This document shows positions 10,337 through 19,200 of a DNA stretch of 64,000 bases, one piece after another (within the stretch, counting starts at the first letter, position 1; every line of letters begins with the position of its first letter). The DNA lies in the NCBI GenBank assembly GCA_001819985.1, contig MHOE01000013.1:1088-65087 (forward strand), read 5' to 3'. Made by a program: the position numbers and the translations under genes. Under the pieces are notes generated by a model. The model had not been told where the DNA came from, searched no databases, and saw only the letters and a list, made by a program, of their open reading frames with translations. The DNA comes from Candidatus Spechtbacteria bacterium RIFCSPHIGHO2_02_FULL_43_15b. Its GTDB lineage: Bacteria > Patescibacteriota > Minisyncoccia > Spechtbacterales > HO2-43-30.

Positions 10337-10393
10337 ATTACCGAGCGCTAAAATCAATACTTTGCATAAATATTGATTTTAGCGCTCGGTAAT
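10337..10393 (-). promoter_or_regulatory. 23-bp perfect inverted repeat (long stable hairpin) in the rpsJ-rplC intergenic leader
   Basis: ATTACCGAGCGCTAAAATCAATA (10337-10359), an 11-nt loop, then TATTGATTTTAGCGCTCGGTAAT (10371-10393). The arms are exact reverse complements. Confidence 0.6.
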
Positions 10394-10452
10394 AATTTTC
10401 GTTCTTATAACAATGCGGCATGATCTGCGGGCATTAGTGTATCGAAAACTGT

Positions 10453-10797
10453 TTACATCTTGACTTCTATATCCACTCCCGCAGGCAAATTCAAATCCAT
10501 TAAAGCATCTATAACTTGAGGGGACGGATTTACGATATCCACTAATCTCTTATGGATTCTCATCTCGAACTGCTCGCGCGCGTCCTTATGAACGAACGAA
10601 GATCTGTTAACTGTGTATTTGTGCGTCTCCGTAGGCAGAGGCATTGGACCATGAACTTCCGCGCCATAACGCATCGCCGTATCCACTATCTGACGCACGC
10701 TTGAATCAATCACTTTGTGGTCGTATGCCTTTATTTTTATCCTGATTCTTGTCTGAACCTGCGGATCTTCTTTTTTTGTTGCTGTTTTTGACGGCAT
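10453..10797 (-). CDS. rpsJ: 30S ribosomal protein S10
   Basis: 114 aa ...[40 protein letters not shown]..., matching uS10 core motifs. It lies directly downstream of tuf. Confidence 0.85.
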   Translation of the reverse strand: MPSKTATKKEDPQVQTRIRIKIKAYDHKVIDSSVRQIVDTAMRYGAEVHGPMPLPTETHKYTVNRSSFVHKDAREQFEMRIHKRLVDIVNPSPQVIDALMDLNLPAGVDIEVKM

Positions 10798-10852
10798 TTT
10801 CCGTTAATTTCCAGCGAAGCCGCATTAAAACACGGCAAAAACCGGTAAATTT

Positions 10853-12049
10853 TTAAACAAATATCTTAGTAACAACACCCGCTCCAACAGTTCTGCCACC
10901 TTCTCTTATAGCGAATCTCTGCTGCTCTTCCAAAGCCACCGGAACTCCCAATTTGATTTTTATACTTACCGTATCTCCGGGCATAACCATTTCTGTTCCC
11001 TCTGGTAATGTAACATCTCCCGTAACATCGGTTGTTCTTATGTAGAACTGCGGCTTGTAACCAGTGAAGAATGGGGTGTGTCGTCCGCCCTCTTCTTTGG
11101 ATAAAACATAAACTTCCGCATCGAATTCAGTATGAGGAGTAACACTTCCGGGTTTAGCAACAACCTGGCCTCGCTCAACATCCTCTTTCTTCAAACCTCT
11201 AAGCAAGACCCCAACATTATCTCCAGCAAGACCCTCGTCCAGCATCTTGTTGAACATTTCAATGCCGGTAATTGCTGTCTTTTGAGTTGGCTTTATTCCA
11301 ATTATCTCTATATCTTCTCCGGTCTTTATCTTTCCGCGTTCTACTCTTCCAGTAACCACTGTTCCTCGTCCCTCAATTGAAAATATATCTTCAACCGGCA
11401 TAAGGAAGGGCTTTTCCGTTTCTCTTTTTGGAACTTCAAAATACTCATCAAGCGCTTTCATCAATTCTCCCATTGGTTTTACGGCATCCTCCTCCGCGGA
11501 TCCGGCCTGCAGAGCCAGAAGCGCAGAACCTTTGATTATGGGGATTTTCTCTCCATCAAATTCGTACTTCGAAAGAAGCTCTCTTACCTCCGCCTCCACT
11601 AACTCTATAAGTTCGGGGTCATCTACCTGATCCACCTTATTCAAGAATACTACGATGTTTGGAACTCCAACTTGTCTTGCCAAAAGAATATGCTCTCTCG
11701 TTTGGGGCATTGGACCGTCTGCCGCGGAAACCACAAGAATAGCGCCGTCCATTTGAGCGGCTCCGGTAATCATGTTTTTTATGTAATCCGCGTGACCCGG
11801 AGCATCTATATGCGCGTAGTGGCGTTTTTCTGTTTCGTATTCAACATGAGCCAATGCTATCGTTATCCCTCTCGCCTTTTCTTCCGGCGCGGAATCTATC
11901 TGATCCACTCCTTTATCCGAAGCACGAAAACCCTTTAATTTTGCATACTTTAAAATAGCGGCAGTTAATGTAGTCTTACCATGGTCAACGTGGCCTATCG
12001 TGCCTACGTTAATATGCGGCTTTGTTCTCTCAAATTTTTCTGTTGCCAT
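10853..12049 (-). CDS. tuf: Elongation factor Tu
   Basis: 398 aa with [18 protein letters not shown] and NKVD GTPase motifs, and full-length similarity to EF-Tu. Confidence 0.95.
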   Translation of the reverse strand: MATEKFERTKPHINVGTIGHVDHGKTTLTAAILKYAKLKGFRASDKGVDQIDSAPEEKARGITIALAHVEYETEKRHYAHIDAPGHADYIKNMITGAAQMDGAILVVSAADGPMPQTREHILLARQVGVPNIVVFLNKVDQVDDPELIELVEAEVRELLSKYEFDGEKIPIIKGSALLALQAGSAEEDAVKPMGELMKALDEYFEVPKRETEKPFLMPVEDIFSIEGRGTVVTGRVERGKIKTGEDIEIIGIKPTQKTAITGIEMFNKMLDEGLAGDNVGVLLRGLKKEDVERGQVVAKPGSVTPHTEFDAEVYVLSKEEGGRHTPFFTGYKPQFYIRTTDVTGDVTLPEGTEMVMPGDTVSIKIKLGVPVALEEQQRFAIREGGRTVGAGVVTKIFV

Positions 12050-12256
12050 GATTTTTTATCTATAGCTTATTGACTTTCTGGATTCTTAGGATTTTCATAA
12101 AAAACCAGAAAATAAAAAGCATTGTTTATTTATCGAAAATTATATTAATTACATGAATACTATATGGAATAAAATTTATAACACCAGTTTAATTTTTAGC
12201 AAAATACAGCCAACTAGTCAATACCTTGCATTGATTACGCATAAAACTAAATGCGG

Positions 12257-12586
12257 TTAAAACGGGAGGTCTTCTATTCTTATACCGCTCTCATTGGAAT
12301 TTTCTTGGGCTGAATTTGCGCCTGTTGAATTGCTTGCGTTAGCGCCCATATCTTGCCTTTTCTGTTCTCCGCTCTGGAAATTATCCCTCGAATGAAAACT
12401 ATTTACATCACGATTATTCATTGTATAATCCTCATCTTTCTTGTAATTTATGCTAATGGATTTCTCGAAAGACCGCAAGTGTTGATATTCTTCAAATGTC
12501 AAAACAACATAAGACGGCTTGCCGTCCTCAACAACTATAATGCGCTCGCCCTCCTTGCTTATTAATTTTTTGATTGAGTTAAACAT
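12257..12586 (-). CDS. Small protein with a Phd/YefM-antitoxin-like N-terminal domain, a low-complexity N/S/G/Q-rich linker and an acidic ...EDLPF C-terminus
   Basis: The N-terminus RIIVVEDGKPSYVVLTFEEYQHL matches the YefM/Phd pattern ([23 protein letters not shown]). The C-terminal IRIEDLPF resembles the SSB acidic tip (DDDIPF). No toxin partner is adjacent. Confidence 0.5.
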   Translation of the reverse strand: MFNSIKKLISKEGERIIVVEDGKPSYVVLTFEEYQHLRSFEKSISINYKKDEDYTMNNRDVNSFHSRDNFQSGEQKRQDMGANASNSTGANSAQENSNESGIRIEDLPF

Positions 12587-12596
12587 ATCCTAAAAT

Positions 12597-14702
12597 CTAC
12601 TTTTTACCTTCTATTATTTCTTGGGCCACATTAGATGGGACATCTTGGTAATGGCTGAACTCCATAGTATAAGACCCGCGCCCCTGGGTCATCGACCTTA
12701 GATTCGTAGCATACCCAAACATATTTGCCAAAGGCACTTTAGCTGAAATTGTTCGCATACCGCCCCTTTCGCCCATCTCCTCTATTGACGCGCGCTTAGA
12801 CGACAAATCACCGGTCACATCGCCTAGAAAATCTTCCGGAATAATGACTTCCACCTTCATTATGGGTTCAAGTAGCACTAATTTTGCTCGCCGCGCGCCT
12901 TCTTGAAAAGCAATTGATCCCGCTATCTTAAACGCAGCTTCTGAAGAGTCCACTTCGTGGTAAGACCCGTCGTATAGAGTTGCCTTCAAATCTATAACCC
13001 TGTATCCGGCAAGCACTCCCTTCTCCATGGCCTCTTTTATACCCTTCTCGATTGCGGGTATGAATTCCTTCGGAATTACGCCTCCCCTTATTTGATCCAC
13101 GAATTCAAACCCGGCCCCCCTTTCCAGTGGCTCAATTTTCACCCAAACATGGCCGTACTGCCCCCTTCCTCCCGACTGCCTTATGTATTTTCCTTCAGCT
13201 TCCGCTGTCTCTTTCACGGTTTCCCGGTAAGCCACTTGCGGCTGACCGACGCTCGCCCCAACCCTGAACTCTCTCAACATCCTGTCCACGATTATTTCCA
13301 GATGAAGTTCTCCCATGCCGGATATTATGGTATCACCGGTCTCCTGATCGGTTTGCACCCTGAAAGTAGGATCTTCTTCCGCTAATCTGTGAAGCGCAAT
13401 TCCCATCTTTTCCTGATCGCTTTTTGTTTTTGGCTCAATTCTTATGGATATTACCGGCTCCGGAAAAACTATTTTTTCAAGCACTATCCTATAATCCGGA
13501 TCGCAAATAGTATCTCCGGTAGTTGTCTTTTTTAACCCGACAGCCGCTCCAATCTCCCCGGAATATATGGTATCCACCTCCTCTCTTTGATTCGCATGCA
13601 TTCTTACAATTCTGCCAACCCTCTCTTTTTCGCCCGTTGTCGTGTTTAACACATAAGAACCTTTATCTAATGTTCCCGAATAAACCCTAAAGTAAACCAG
13701 CTGACCGATAAAAGGGTCGGTAGCAACCTTAAAAGCTAAACCGGCAAATTTTTCGTCGTCCCTCGACTCACGAATAATTTCTTCTCCGGTTTTAGGGTCT
13801 TCTCCGGTTATAGCTGGAACATCTATCGGGCTAGGGAGGTAGTAAATAACAGCGTCCAAAAGCAACTGCACTCCTTTATTTTTTAAGGCCGAACCGCAAA
13901 ATACTGGGACCACAGTATTGTTTATTGTACCCTTGCGAAGCGCGGATCTTAAATCTTCCGTAGCGATTTCCGCGCCATTTAAGAATTTTTCAGTTAAAAG
14001 ATCGTCTTGCTCCGCTATTCTTTCTACTAATTTTTCTCTTGCCGCCTTTGCTTTTTCTTTCATATCTTCCGGCACTTCCGATTCTTCGATTTTCTCGCCG
14101 TTTTCACCTGAAAATCTGTATGCCCTAAGTTCCAGCAAATCAACAACTCCTTCGAATGTCGATTCAATACCTATGGGGATCTGCGCGGGGATAGCATTTG
14201 GAGTTAAGCGATCAAGAATGGACTTATAACTTTTCTCAAAATTCGCGCCCATTCTGTCGAGCTTATTTATGAAACAAATCCTAGGCACTTTGTATTTATC
14301 CGCTTGATGCCATACCGTTTCCGACTGTGGTTCAACGCCCGCGACTCCATCGAATACAACAACACCGCCATCAAGAACGCGCAGGGATCTTTCCACTTCC
14401 ACGGTGAAATCTACATGCCCCGGAGTGTCTATTATATTGATTCTATATTTATTGACTTTATCCGTCTTTGGAAATCTTGTTGGAGTCCAAAAACAAGTTG
14501 TTGCCGCTGAAGTTATGGTTATACCCCTTTCTCTCTCTTGTTCCATCCAGTCCATTATCGCTTCGCCCTCGTGAACTTCGCCTATGTGGTGTGAAATTCC
14601 GGTGTAAAATAAAATGCGCTCGGATACGGTTGTTTTCCCGGCGTCGATGTGGGCAATAATGCCTATATCGCGATTTTTCTCTATTGGGTATTCTCGCGGC
14701 AT
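12597..14702 (-). CDS. fusA: Elongation factor G
   Basis: 701 aa with AHIDAGKTT and DTPGHVDF motifs and the full five-domain length. Confidence 0.95.
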   Translation of the reverse strand: MPREYPIEKNRDIGIIAHIDAGKTTVSERILFYTGISHHIGEVHEGEAIMDWMEQERERGITITSAATTCFWTPTRFPKTDKVNKYRINIIDTPGHVDFTVEVERSLRVLDGGVVVFDGVAGVEPQSETVWHQADKYKVPRICFINKLDRMGANFEKSYKSILDRLTPNAIPAQIPIGIESTFEGVVDLLELRAYRFSGENGEKIEESEVPEDMKEKAKAAREKLVERIAEQDDLLTEKFLNGAEIATEDLRSALRKGTINNTVVPVFCGSALKNKGVQLLLDAVIYYLPSPIDVPAITGEDPKTGEEIIRESRDDEKFAGLAFKVATDPFIGQLVYFRVYSGTLDKGSYVLNTTTGEKERVGRIVRMHANQREEVDTIYSGEIGAAVGLKKTTTGDTICDPDYRIVLEKIVFPEPVISIRIEPKTKSDQEKMGIALHRLAEEDPTFRVQTDQETGDTIISGMGELHLEIIVDRMLREFRVGASVGQPQVAYRETVKETAEAEGKYIRQSGGRGQYGHVWVKIEPLERGAGFEFVDQIRGGVIPKEFIPAIEKGIKEAMEKGVLAGYRVIDLKATLYDGSYHEVDSSEAAFKIAGSIAFQEGARRAKLVLLEPIMKVEVIIPEDFLGDVTGDLSSKRASIEEMGERGGMRTISAKVPLANMFGYATNLRSMTQGRGSYTMEFSHYQDVPSNVAQEIIEGKK

Positions 14703-14852
14703 AAATTTAATAACATGAACTATTTGTAAATCTGCGCAAATCCTGATTTACCCAAAAATCTCCTTAATCGAAACGGCACAGTATGCCGACTCGATTAATT
14801 TTGAAAATAATATTTTGTGAAAAATCCAAGAGTTTCATATTCCATATTATTG

Positions 14853-15320
14853 TTACCAAGAAAAATGCGCGAAGGCTCTGTTAGCATGCGCCATTTTGTG
14901 AGTATTCTCTTTCTTCTTGACCGCTTCTCCCTCATTCTTTGAAGCCGATATTATCTCCTCGGCCAACTTAACGGCCATTGTCGCTCCTTTTCGAGATCTG
15001 GCCGCTTGTATCATCCATCTTAACGATAAATTCAGGCGCCTGTCGCCTTTTACCTGTTTTGGAACCTGATAATTCGCTCCTCCGATTCTCCTCGATTTCA
15101 CTTCTAGCATGGGAGATGTATTCTTTATGGCTTCATCAAAAACATCCAGCGGCTCTTGTTTTGTTTTTTCCGCTATAATATCGAACGCGTCATAGATTAC
15201 ATCTCTGGCTACGCTTTTCTTGCCATCCCACATTACATAGTTTATCAATCGAGAAACTACCACATTGTTATACTTATGGTCTGGCATTAATGTTCTTTTT
15301 GGCGCTGGTTTTCTTCTCAT
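14853..15320 (-). CDS. rpsG: 30S ribosomal protein S7
   Basis: 155 aa MRRKPAPKR...; position is between S12 and EF-G. Confidence 0.9.
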   Translation of the reverse strand: MRRKPAPKRTLMPDHKYNNVVVSRLINYVMWDGKKSVARDVIYDAFDIIAEKTKQEPLDVFDEAIKNTSPMLEVKSRRIGGANYQVPKQVKGDRRLNLSLRWMIQAARSRKGATMAVKLAEEIISASKNEGEAVKKKENTHKMAHANRAFAHFSW

Positions 15321-15323
15321 AGA

Positions 15324-15734
15324 TTATTTAGGTGTTTTAGCTCCGTATTTACTTCTTCCCTGACGCCTTGCCTCGACTCCGGAAGAATCCAATACGCCCC
15401 TTACTATATGGTATCTAACGCCGGGTAAATCCTTGACTCGCCCTCCTCTTATTATAACTACGGAGTGCTCCTGAAGATTATGCCCTTCGCCCGGTATGTA
15501 AGCGGTAACTTCCATGCCGTTAGTTAATCTGACTCTGGCTATTTTTCTTAATGCCGAGTTTGGTTTTTTTGGCGTTGTTGTCCTTACGCTAATGCAAACT
15601 CCTCTCTTGAAAGGCGACCAGTATTTCTTTGGCCTGTTTTTAATAGTGTTGAAACCAAAAGCCAAAGCAGGCGATTTTGTCTTTTTGCGCGCCTTTCTTC
15701 TGGGATTTTTGATTAGCTGATGAATAGTCGACAT
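15324..15734 (-). CDS. rpsL: 30S ribosomal protein S12
   Basis: Start set at the internal ATG giving [14 protein letters not shown]..., the canonical uS12 start. The PNSALRK motif is present. Confidence 0.9.
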   Translation of the reverse strand: MSTIHQLIKNPRRKARKKTKSPALAFGFNTIKNRPKKYWSPFKRGVCISVRTTTPKKPNSALRKIARVRLTNGMEVTAYIPGEGHNLQEHSVVIIRGGRVKDLPGVRYHIVRGVLDSSGVEARRQGRSKYGAKTPK

Positions 15735-15803
15735 TAGATAACTCGCATCCAGTATGAATATTTCCAATGTTTCATACTTTGAGCTTTATGTTTTTATGAA
15801 TGT

Positions 15804-15832
15804 AATCTAGCAAAATACAAAGTCGATGTCAA
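15804..15832 (-). promoter_or_regulatory. Sigma70-type promoter of the str operon (rpsL)
   Basis: Minus strand reads TTGACA (15827-15832), a 17-nt spacer, then TAGATT (15804-15809), about 70 nt upstream of the rpsL start. Confidence 0.45.
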
Positions 15833-15885
15833 TAAACTAAATCGCTAATATGCCAATTTAGTTAGCTCTAACATTCCACTGATGT

Positions 15886-15917
15886 TGGCAAATTAAAATT
15901 CGACTTTTAGTCGAATT
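15886..15917 (-). terminator. Rho-independent terminator after the membrane-protein gene
   Basis: AATTCGACT-ttt-AGTCGAATT perfect 9-bp stem, followed on the minus strand by TTTTAATTT. Confidence 0.5.
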
Positions 15918-15932
15918 TCATAACTTATTAAT

Positions 15933-16730
15933 TTATTCAGTAAATTTCACGCCCCTACACCCAACCGCCAACCTTGCCATTAAATACAAAAACAGATGCT
16001 TTACGCTTCCTCCCGCTGTGCGCACTTCCGACCAGACGAGTCGCAAATCCGGCAAAGCTACTTTCCAAATAAAAAAACCCGCGATCAAAACTGCTATTAA
16101 AGCCATAAATAAAACAACGGCCCATGATATAAATGTGTAAAAATCCTCTATTGTTAAATGTGCCGCCCTCTCTTTGGCGCCGGAAATTATAACCTCTGCG
16201 AATCCCGAAACAACAATTGCCACTGTTATCATCGCAAGCGATATCAATATTAAAACCGCGGGTCCTATGGGTTGACTGCCGAAAAACACCACCCCTTTCT
16301 TCGTTATGGATATCCGAGAACCCATAAGCCAAAGAAGTAAAGCCAAGAGAATCCAAATCGCCCACACAAATGGCATCATAAACAGCGAGTGGAAAAATAA
16401 CGCCCAGTACTCGCATTCACTTCGGACTTCGGATACTTTTTCCTCTTCCAAGTTAAGGTTTATCCACTTGATAAATTTGTAGTGCCACGAACTCTTCCGT
16501 ATCACTACATCTGATCTTGCCGCATTCAGAGATTTCTGTCTTAAGTTCGAAAATGATATTCCTAAAACTCCGCAAACGCATACGATCATAATTAAACCCG
16601 CCAAACTCGAGACAGTAATCAATATCCATGCATCAATTGGCACTTTATACATGTAAAAAACAAACGCTGCCACCAAAAACGATACGCAAAAAATAAAGGT
16701 CTTGACAAATCGGCGCGTTAGCATAGCCAC
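15933..16730 (-). CDS. Hypothetical multi-pass membrane protein
   Basis: 265 aa with several hydrophobic segments. No recognisable catalytic motif. The internally overlapping ORF 15955-16416 is in another frame and is treated as spurious. Confidence 0.55.
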   Translation of the reverse strand: MAMLTRRFVKTFIFCVSFLVAAFVFYMYKVPIDAWILITVSSLAGLIMIVCVCGVLGISFSNLRQKSLNAARSDVVIRKSSWHYKFIKWINLNLEEEKVSEVRSECEYWALFFHSLFMMPFVWAIWILLALLLWLMGSRISITKKGVVFFGSQPIGPAVLILISLAMITVAIVVSGFAEVIISGAKERAAHLTIEDFYTFISWAVVLFMALIAVLIAGFFIWKVALPDLRLVWSEVRTAGGSVKHLFLYLMARLAVGCRGVKFTE

Positions 16731-16802
16731 ATCTCCTTATTTAACTCTAGTGCCTGTCGTATGGTAATATAAATTTTGCGTTATGTCAACAGGGCCAAAC
16801 AC

Positions 16803-16830
16803 TTTACAAAAAATTCAAATATGGTATAAT
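16803..16830 (+). promoter_or_regulatory. Strong sigma70 promoter with extended -10
   Basis: TTTACA (16803-16808), a 16-nt spacer, then TGg-TATAAT (16822-16830). GAGGAGG (16854-16860) lies 6 nt before the GTG start at 16867. Confidence 0.5.
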
Positions 16831-16866
16831 ACTTTCTAGAAACTTACTGACACTTGAGGAGGTTCT

Positions 16867-17280
16867 GTGAGGACCGCGTACACCGCATACGATATTACAT
16901 TTTTCCAAGAGGCGCGACGGGCGGCTCAAAACTCCTCGATGCGAAAACTCGTTGGAGCGGTCGTAGTTTCTCGGGGTAAACCCGTGGGTACAGCTTTCAA
17001 TCGCGTTGGGAGTGCGAAACTCTTTTTTGGAGGGAGAACATTTATTTCTCCGTTTTCCCGACACGCGGAAATCCGTGCGGTCATACAAGCCGGGATTTCA
17101 AATATAAGCGGATCCACACTTTATGTGTGGAGAAATACCAAGGACGGAACGCCCGCTTTGGCGCGACCATGCGGTAATTGCATGGCGATACTCCAAATCC
17201 TTGGAGTAAAGAGGGTGGCGTATACTACGAACGCTCATCCCTTTTATGAAGTAGAGGCGATACCAAAAATACCGAGCTAA
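16867..17280 (+). CDS. CMP/dCMP (cytidine/deoxycytidylate) deaminase-family zinc enzyme
   Basis: HAEIRAV and PCGNC zinc-binding motifs of the CDA fold. A ~13-aa insertion (WRNTKDGTPALAR) sits between TLYV and PCxxC. Confidence 0.7.
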   Translation: MRTAYTAYDITFFQEARRAAQNSSMRKLVGAVVVSRGKPVGTAFNRVGSAKLFFGGRTFISPFSRHAEIRAVIQAGISNISGSTLYVWRNTKDGTPALARPCGNCMAILQILGVKRVAYTTNAHPFYEVEAIPKIPS

Positions 17281-17315
17281 AACTCGGTATTTAATTTGAG
17301 ACCGTTTTATTTCAG

Positions 17316-17338
17316 GTGCATTAGAATGCACTTTTTTG
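17316..17338 (+). terminator. Rho-independent terminator after the deaminase gene
   Basis: GTGCA-ttagaa-TGCAC hairpin followed by TTTTTTG. Confidence 0.5.
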
Positions 17339-17485
17339 TTGCTCTATCTAGATTACTTAATCAATTAACATATTAAACTGGGTATTATGAACAAAAAAAT
17401 GTAATCCCAACTGCCCGATATGCGATAGTAACAAAACAGTTAAGCGAGGAATGGGATAAAAATAAAAAAACTTGAAACTTGAGCA

Positions 17486-17508
17486 ATAAAAAAGGAGCTA
17501 TTGCTCCT
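17486..17508 (-). terminator. Rho-independent terminator after the 135-aa hypothetical gene
   Basis: Minus strand GGAGCAATAGCTCC hairpin followed by TTTTTTATT. Confidence 0.5.
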
Positions 17509-17514
17509 AAAATA

Positions 17515-17922
17515 TTAGGCCCTTAATCCTTCTCTGAAATTTTCTAGTTTTATTGTTTCTGAAAATTTACCTTCTACTAGGAATGGCTCCCCAGATTCTT
17601 TATTCCAAACGATATCGTACAAATCATTCAAGGGATGCTCCTTCGGATTAGCGTCTGCATCAGTAAGATACCCGTCTTCTATGATAACGGCCCCATTACT
17701 ATCAAGTATTTTGCCACTTCGTGCAAACAGACAACCAACGAAATTTCTAAATTCAACAGTGCAAGCCAACGCCCCATCTTGTTTGTAGAATTCAAAGCGT
17801 TGTGTATTTATTATATCGAATTGTCTTGGGTCAGATCTTTCACTACTAACTCTTCGCCAATGTAAACCCAAAAGAGCAGATATGGTATTTTCAGTCGCAC
17901 TAAGAACTTGCCTTGATTTCAT
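17515..17922 (-). CDS. Hypothetical protein (135 aa)
   Basis: Clean ORF with its own terminator. No recognisable domain. Confidence 0.5.
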   Translation of the reverse strand: MKSRQVLSATENTISALLGLHWRRVSSERSDPRQFDIINTQRFEFYKQDGALACTVEFRNFVGCLFARSGKILDSNGAVIIEDGYLTDADANPKEHPLNDLYDIVWNKESGEPFLVEGKFSETIKLENFREGLRA

Positions 17923-18084
17923 ATTTCTCCTTTTAGATTACCCATACCTTGGGCTGTTCCATTACTATATCGACTATTAAAACCTTGTCAAGTTTTTGCA
18001 AAATTTACCAAAAAATTTAAGAGAAGAAAATACTTAAAAAACACCGGAAACAAAACGGATTTATTTAATTTCCTAAAAAATTTG

Positions 18085-18735
18085 CTAACCCATCCCCGTA
18101 ATAAGGCGAAATAGAAAAATTACAACCGGCATCAACGAACTAAACAAAAAAACGGCAAAAAACAAAGCTAGAATAAAGCCATACTGCGAAAGCATAGCTT
18201 TTATATGTTCGAGGTGCGGGGGCAAAACAGCAAAAAGCAATTTCGAACCATCGAGAGGAGGAATCGGCATTAAATTGAAAAGTCCAAGTATTATATTTAC
18301 AAGCACAATCGTCACCAGTGCCTCAACCATTGCCGCAAGCATCGGAGTTTGTCCTTCCGCTATGCCAGCCAGCACTCCAACCGGCATAAACCTTAAGGAA
18401 AGGCCAAACACTAATGCTATAAGAAAATTCGATGCCGGTCCCGCAAGTCCAACATATACAGCTCCCCATTTTTGGTCGCGTAAATTGTATGGGTTGTACG
18501 GAACGGGCTTTGCCCACCCGAAAGCTTTGCCCACGGTGAGCACTAAAATCAAGGGTATCACGACAGAACCCATGGGATCTATGTGTTTTAAGGGATTTAG
18601 CGTAAGTCGTCCTTCGTCTTTAGCGGTAGAGTCCCCCTGCCACAACGCAACTAATCCATGAAAAAATTCGTGAATTGAGGCGGAAAACAATACTATGACT
18701 ATCCATAAAACTATATTTTGGATTCCTTGGTCCAT
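18085..18735 (-). CDS. Site-2 protease family (M50) zinc metallopeptidase, membrane-embedded
   Basis: HEFFHG (HExxH) inside a TM helix and multiple further TM segments. Start set at the internal ATG (MDQGIQNIVLW...). The 5' extension in the ORF track is likely non-coding. Confidence 0.7.
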   Translation of the reverse strand: MDQGIQNIVLWIVIVLFSASIHEFFHGLVALWQGDSTAKDEGRLTLNPLKHIDPMGSVVIPLILVLTVGKAFGWAKPVPYNPYNLRDQKWGAVYVGLAGPASNFLIALVFGLSLRFMPVGVLAGIAEGQTPMLAAMVEALVTIVLVNIILGLFNLMPIPPLDGSKLLFAVLPPHLEHIKAMLSQYGFILALFFAVFLFSSLMPVVIFLFRLITGMG

Positions 18736-18773
18736 ATTGCAAAAAATTAACGAATGCGCTACTATTTGAATCA

Positions 18774-18992
18774 ATGAATAAAAATAATAAGCAGTGTCCG
18801 CTATGCGGAAAACAATCTCAACTTGAATGGAAACGAAAATTACTTCGCGGTAATTATAACCCGACGCATAAAGTGCGTAAATACCCAAATCTTCAATGGG
18901 TCAAATTAACATACGACAAACAGGGCTTGAAAGCCGGTTCTCGAATAAAAGCGTGCGCCAAATGCATAAAAGCGCTATACAAACCCCGATAA
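18774..18992 (+). CDS. rpmB: 50S ribosomal protein L28
   Basis: 72 aa with CPLCGK...NYNPTHKVRKYPNLQ...KACAKC. This matches the bL28 pattern (CxxCGK...N.SH...R.F.PNLQ...C..C). Confidence 0.7.
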   Translation: MNKNNKQCPLCGKQSQLEWKRKLLRGNYNPTHKVRKYPNLQWVKLTYDKQGLKAGSRIKACAKCIKALYKPR

Positions 18993-19064
18993 GTCCTTTT
19001 TGTAGAATAGCGCGATTAGTACTATAATTAGTTATAGTATTTTTTTATAGAAACGAATCAAAAA

Positions 19065-19139
19065 CGGGCTGTAGTACAACGGTCAGTATGCAAGGCTGGG
19101 GGTCTTGCGATTTGGGTTCAATTCCCAGCAGCCCGACCA
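19065..19139 (+). tRNA. tRNA-Pro (anticodon GGG)
   Basis: 75-nt cloverleaf by manual folding. 7-bp acceptor CGGGCTG/CAGCCCG, anticodon loop CTGGGGG with G37, T-loop TTCAATT, discriminator A, and encoded CCA. Confidence 0.8.
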
Positions 19140-19200
19140 AGTTAGACATTGAGAGTTTCTATAACTATTAAACGGATGCGGAAACATATATAATAAACCC

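Noticed and set aside
15735-15767. N-terminal extensions of rpsL (to 15767), rplE (to 4180) and rplN (to 4841) in the ORF track
   Set aside because: Alignment to the universal N-termini (MSTIHQL / MPNAKENY / MIQAGTKLN) places the starts at internal ATGs. The extensions would overlap upstream genes.
15955-16416. 153-aa ORF overlapping the membrane-protein gene in another frame
   Set aside because: It is entirely nested within the longer, hydrophobic, better-supported ORF 15933-16730. Composition is junk-like (Arg/Gly-rich).
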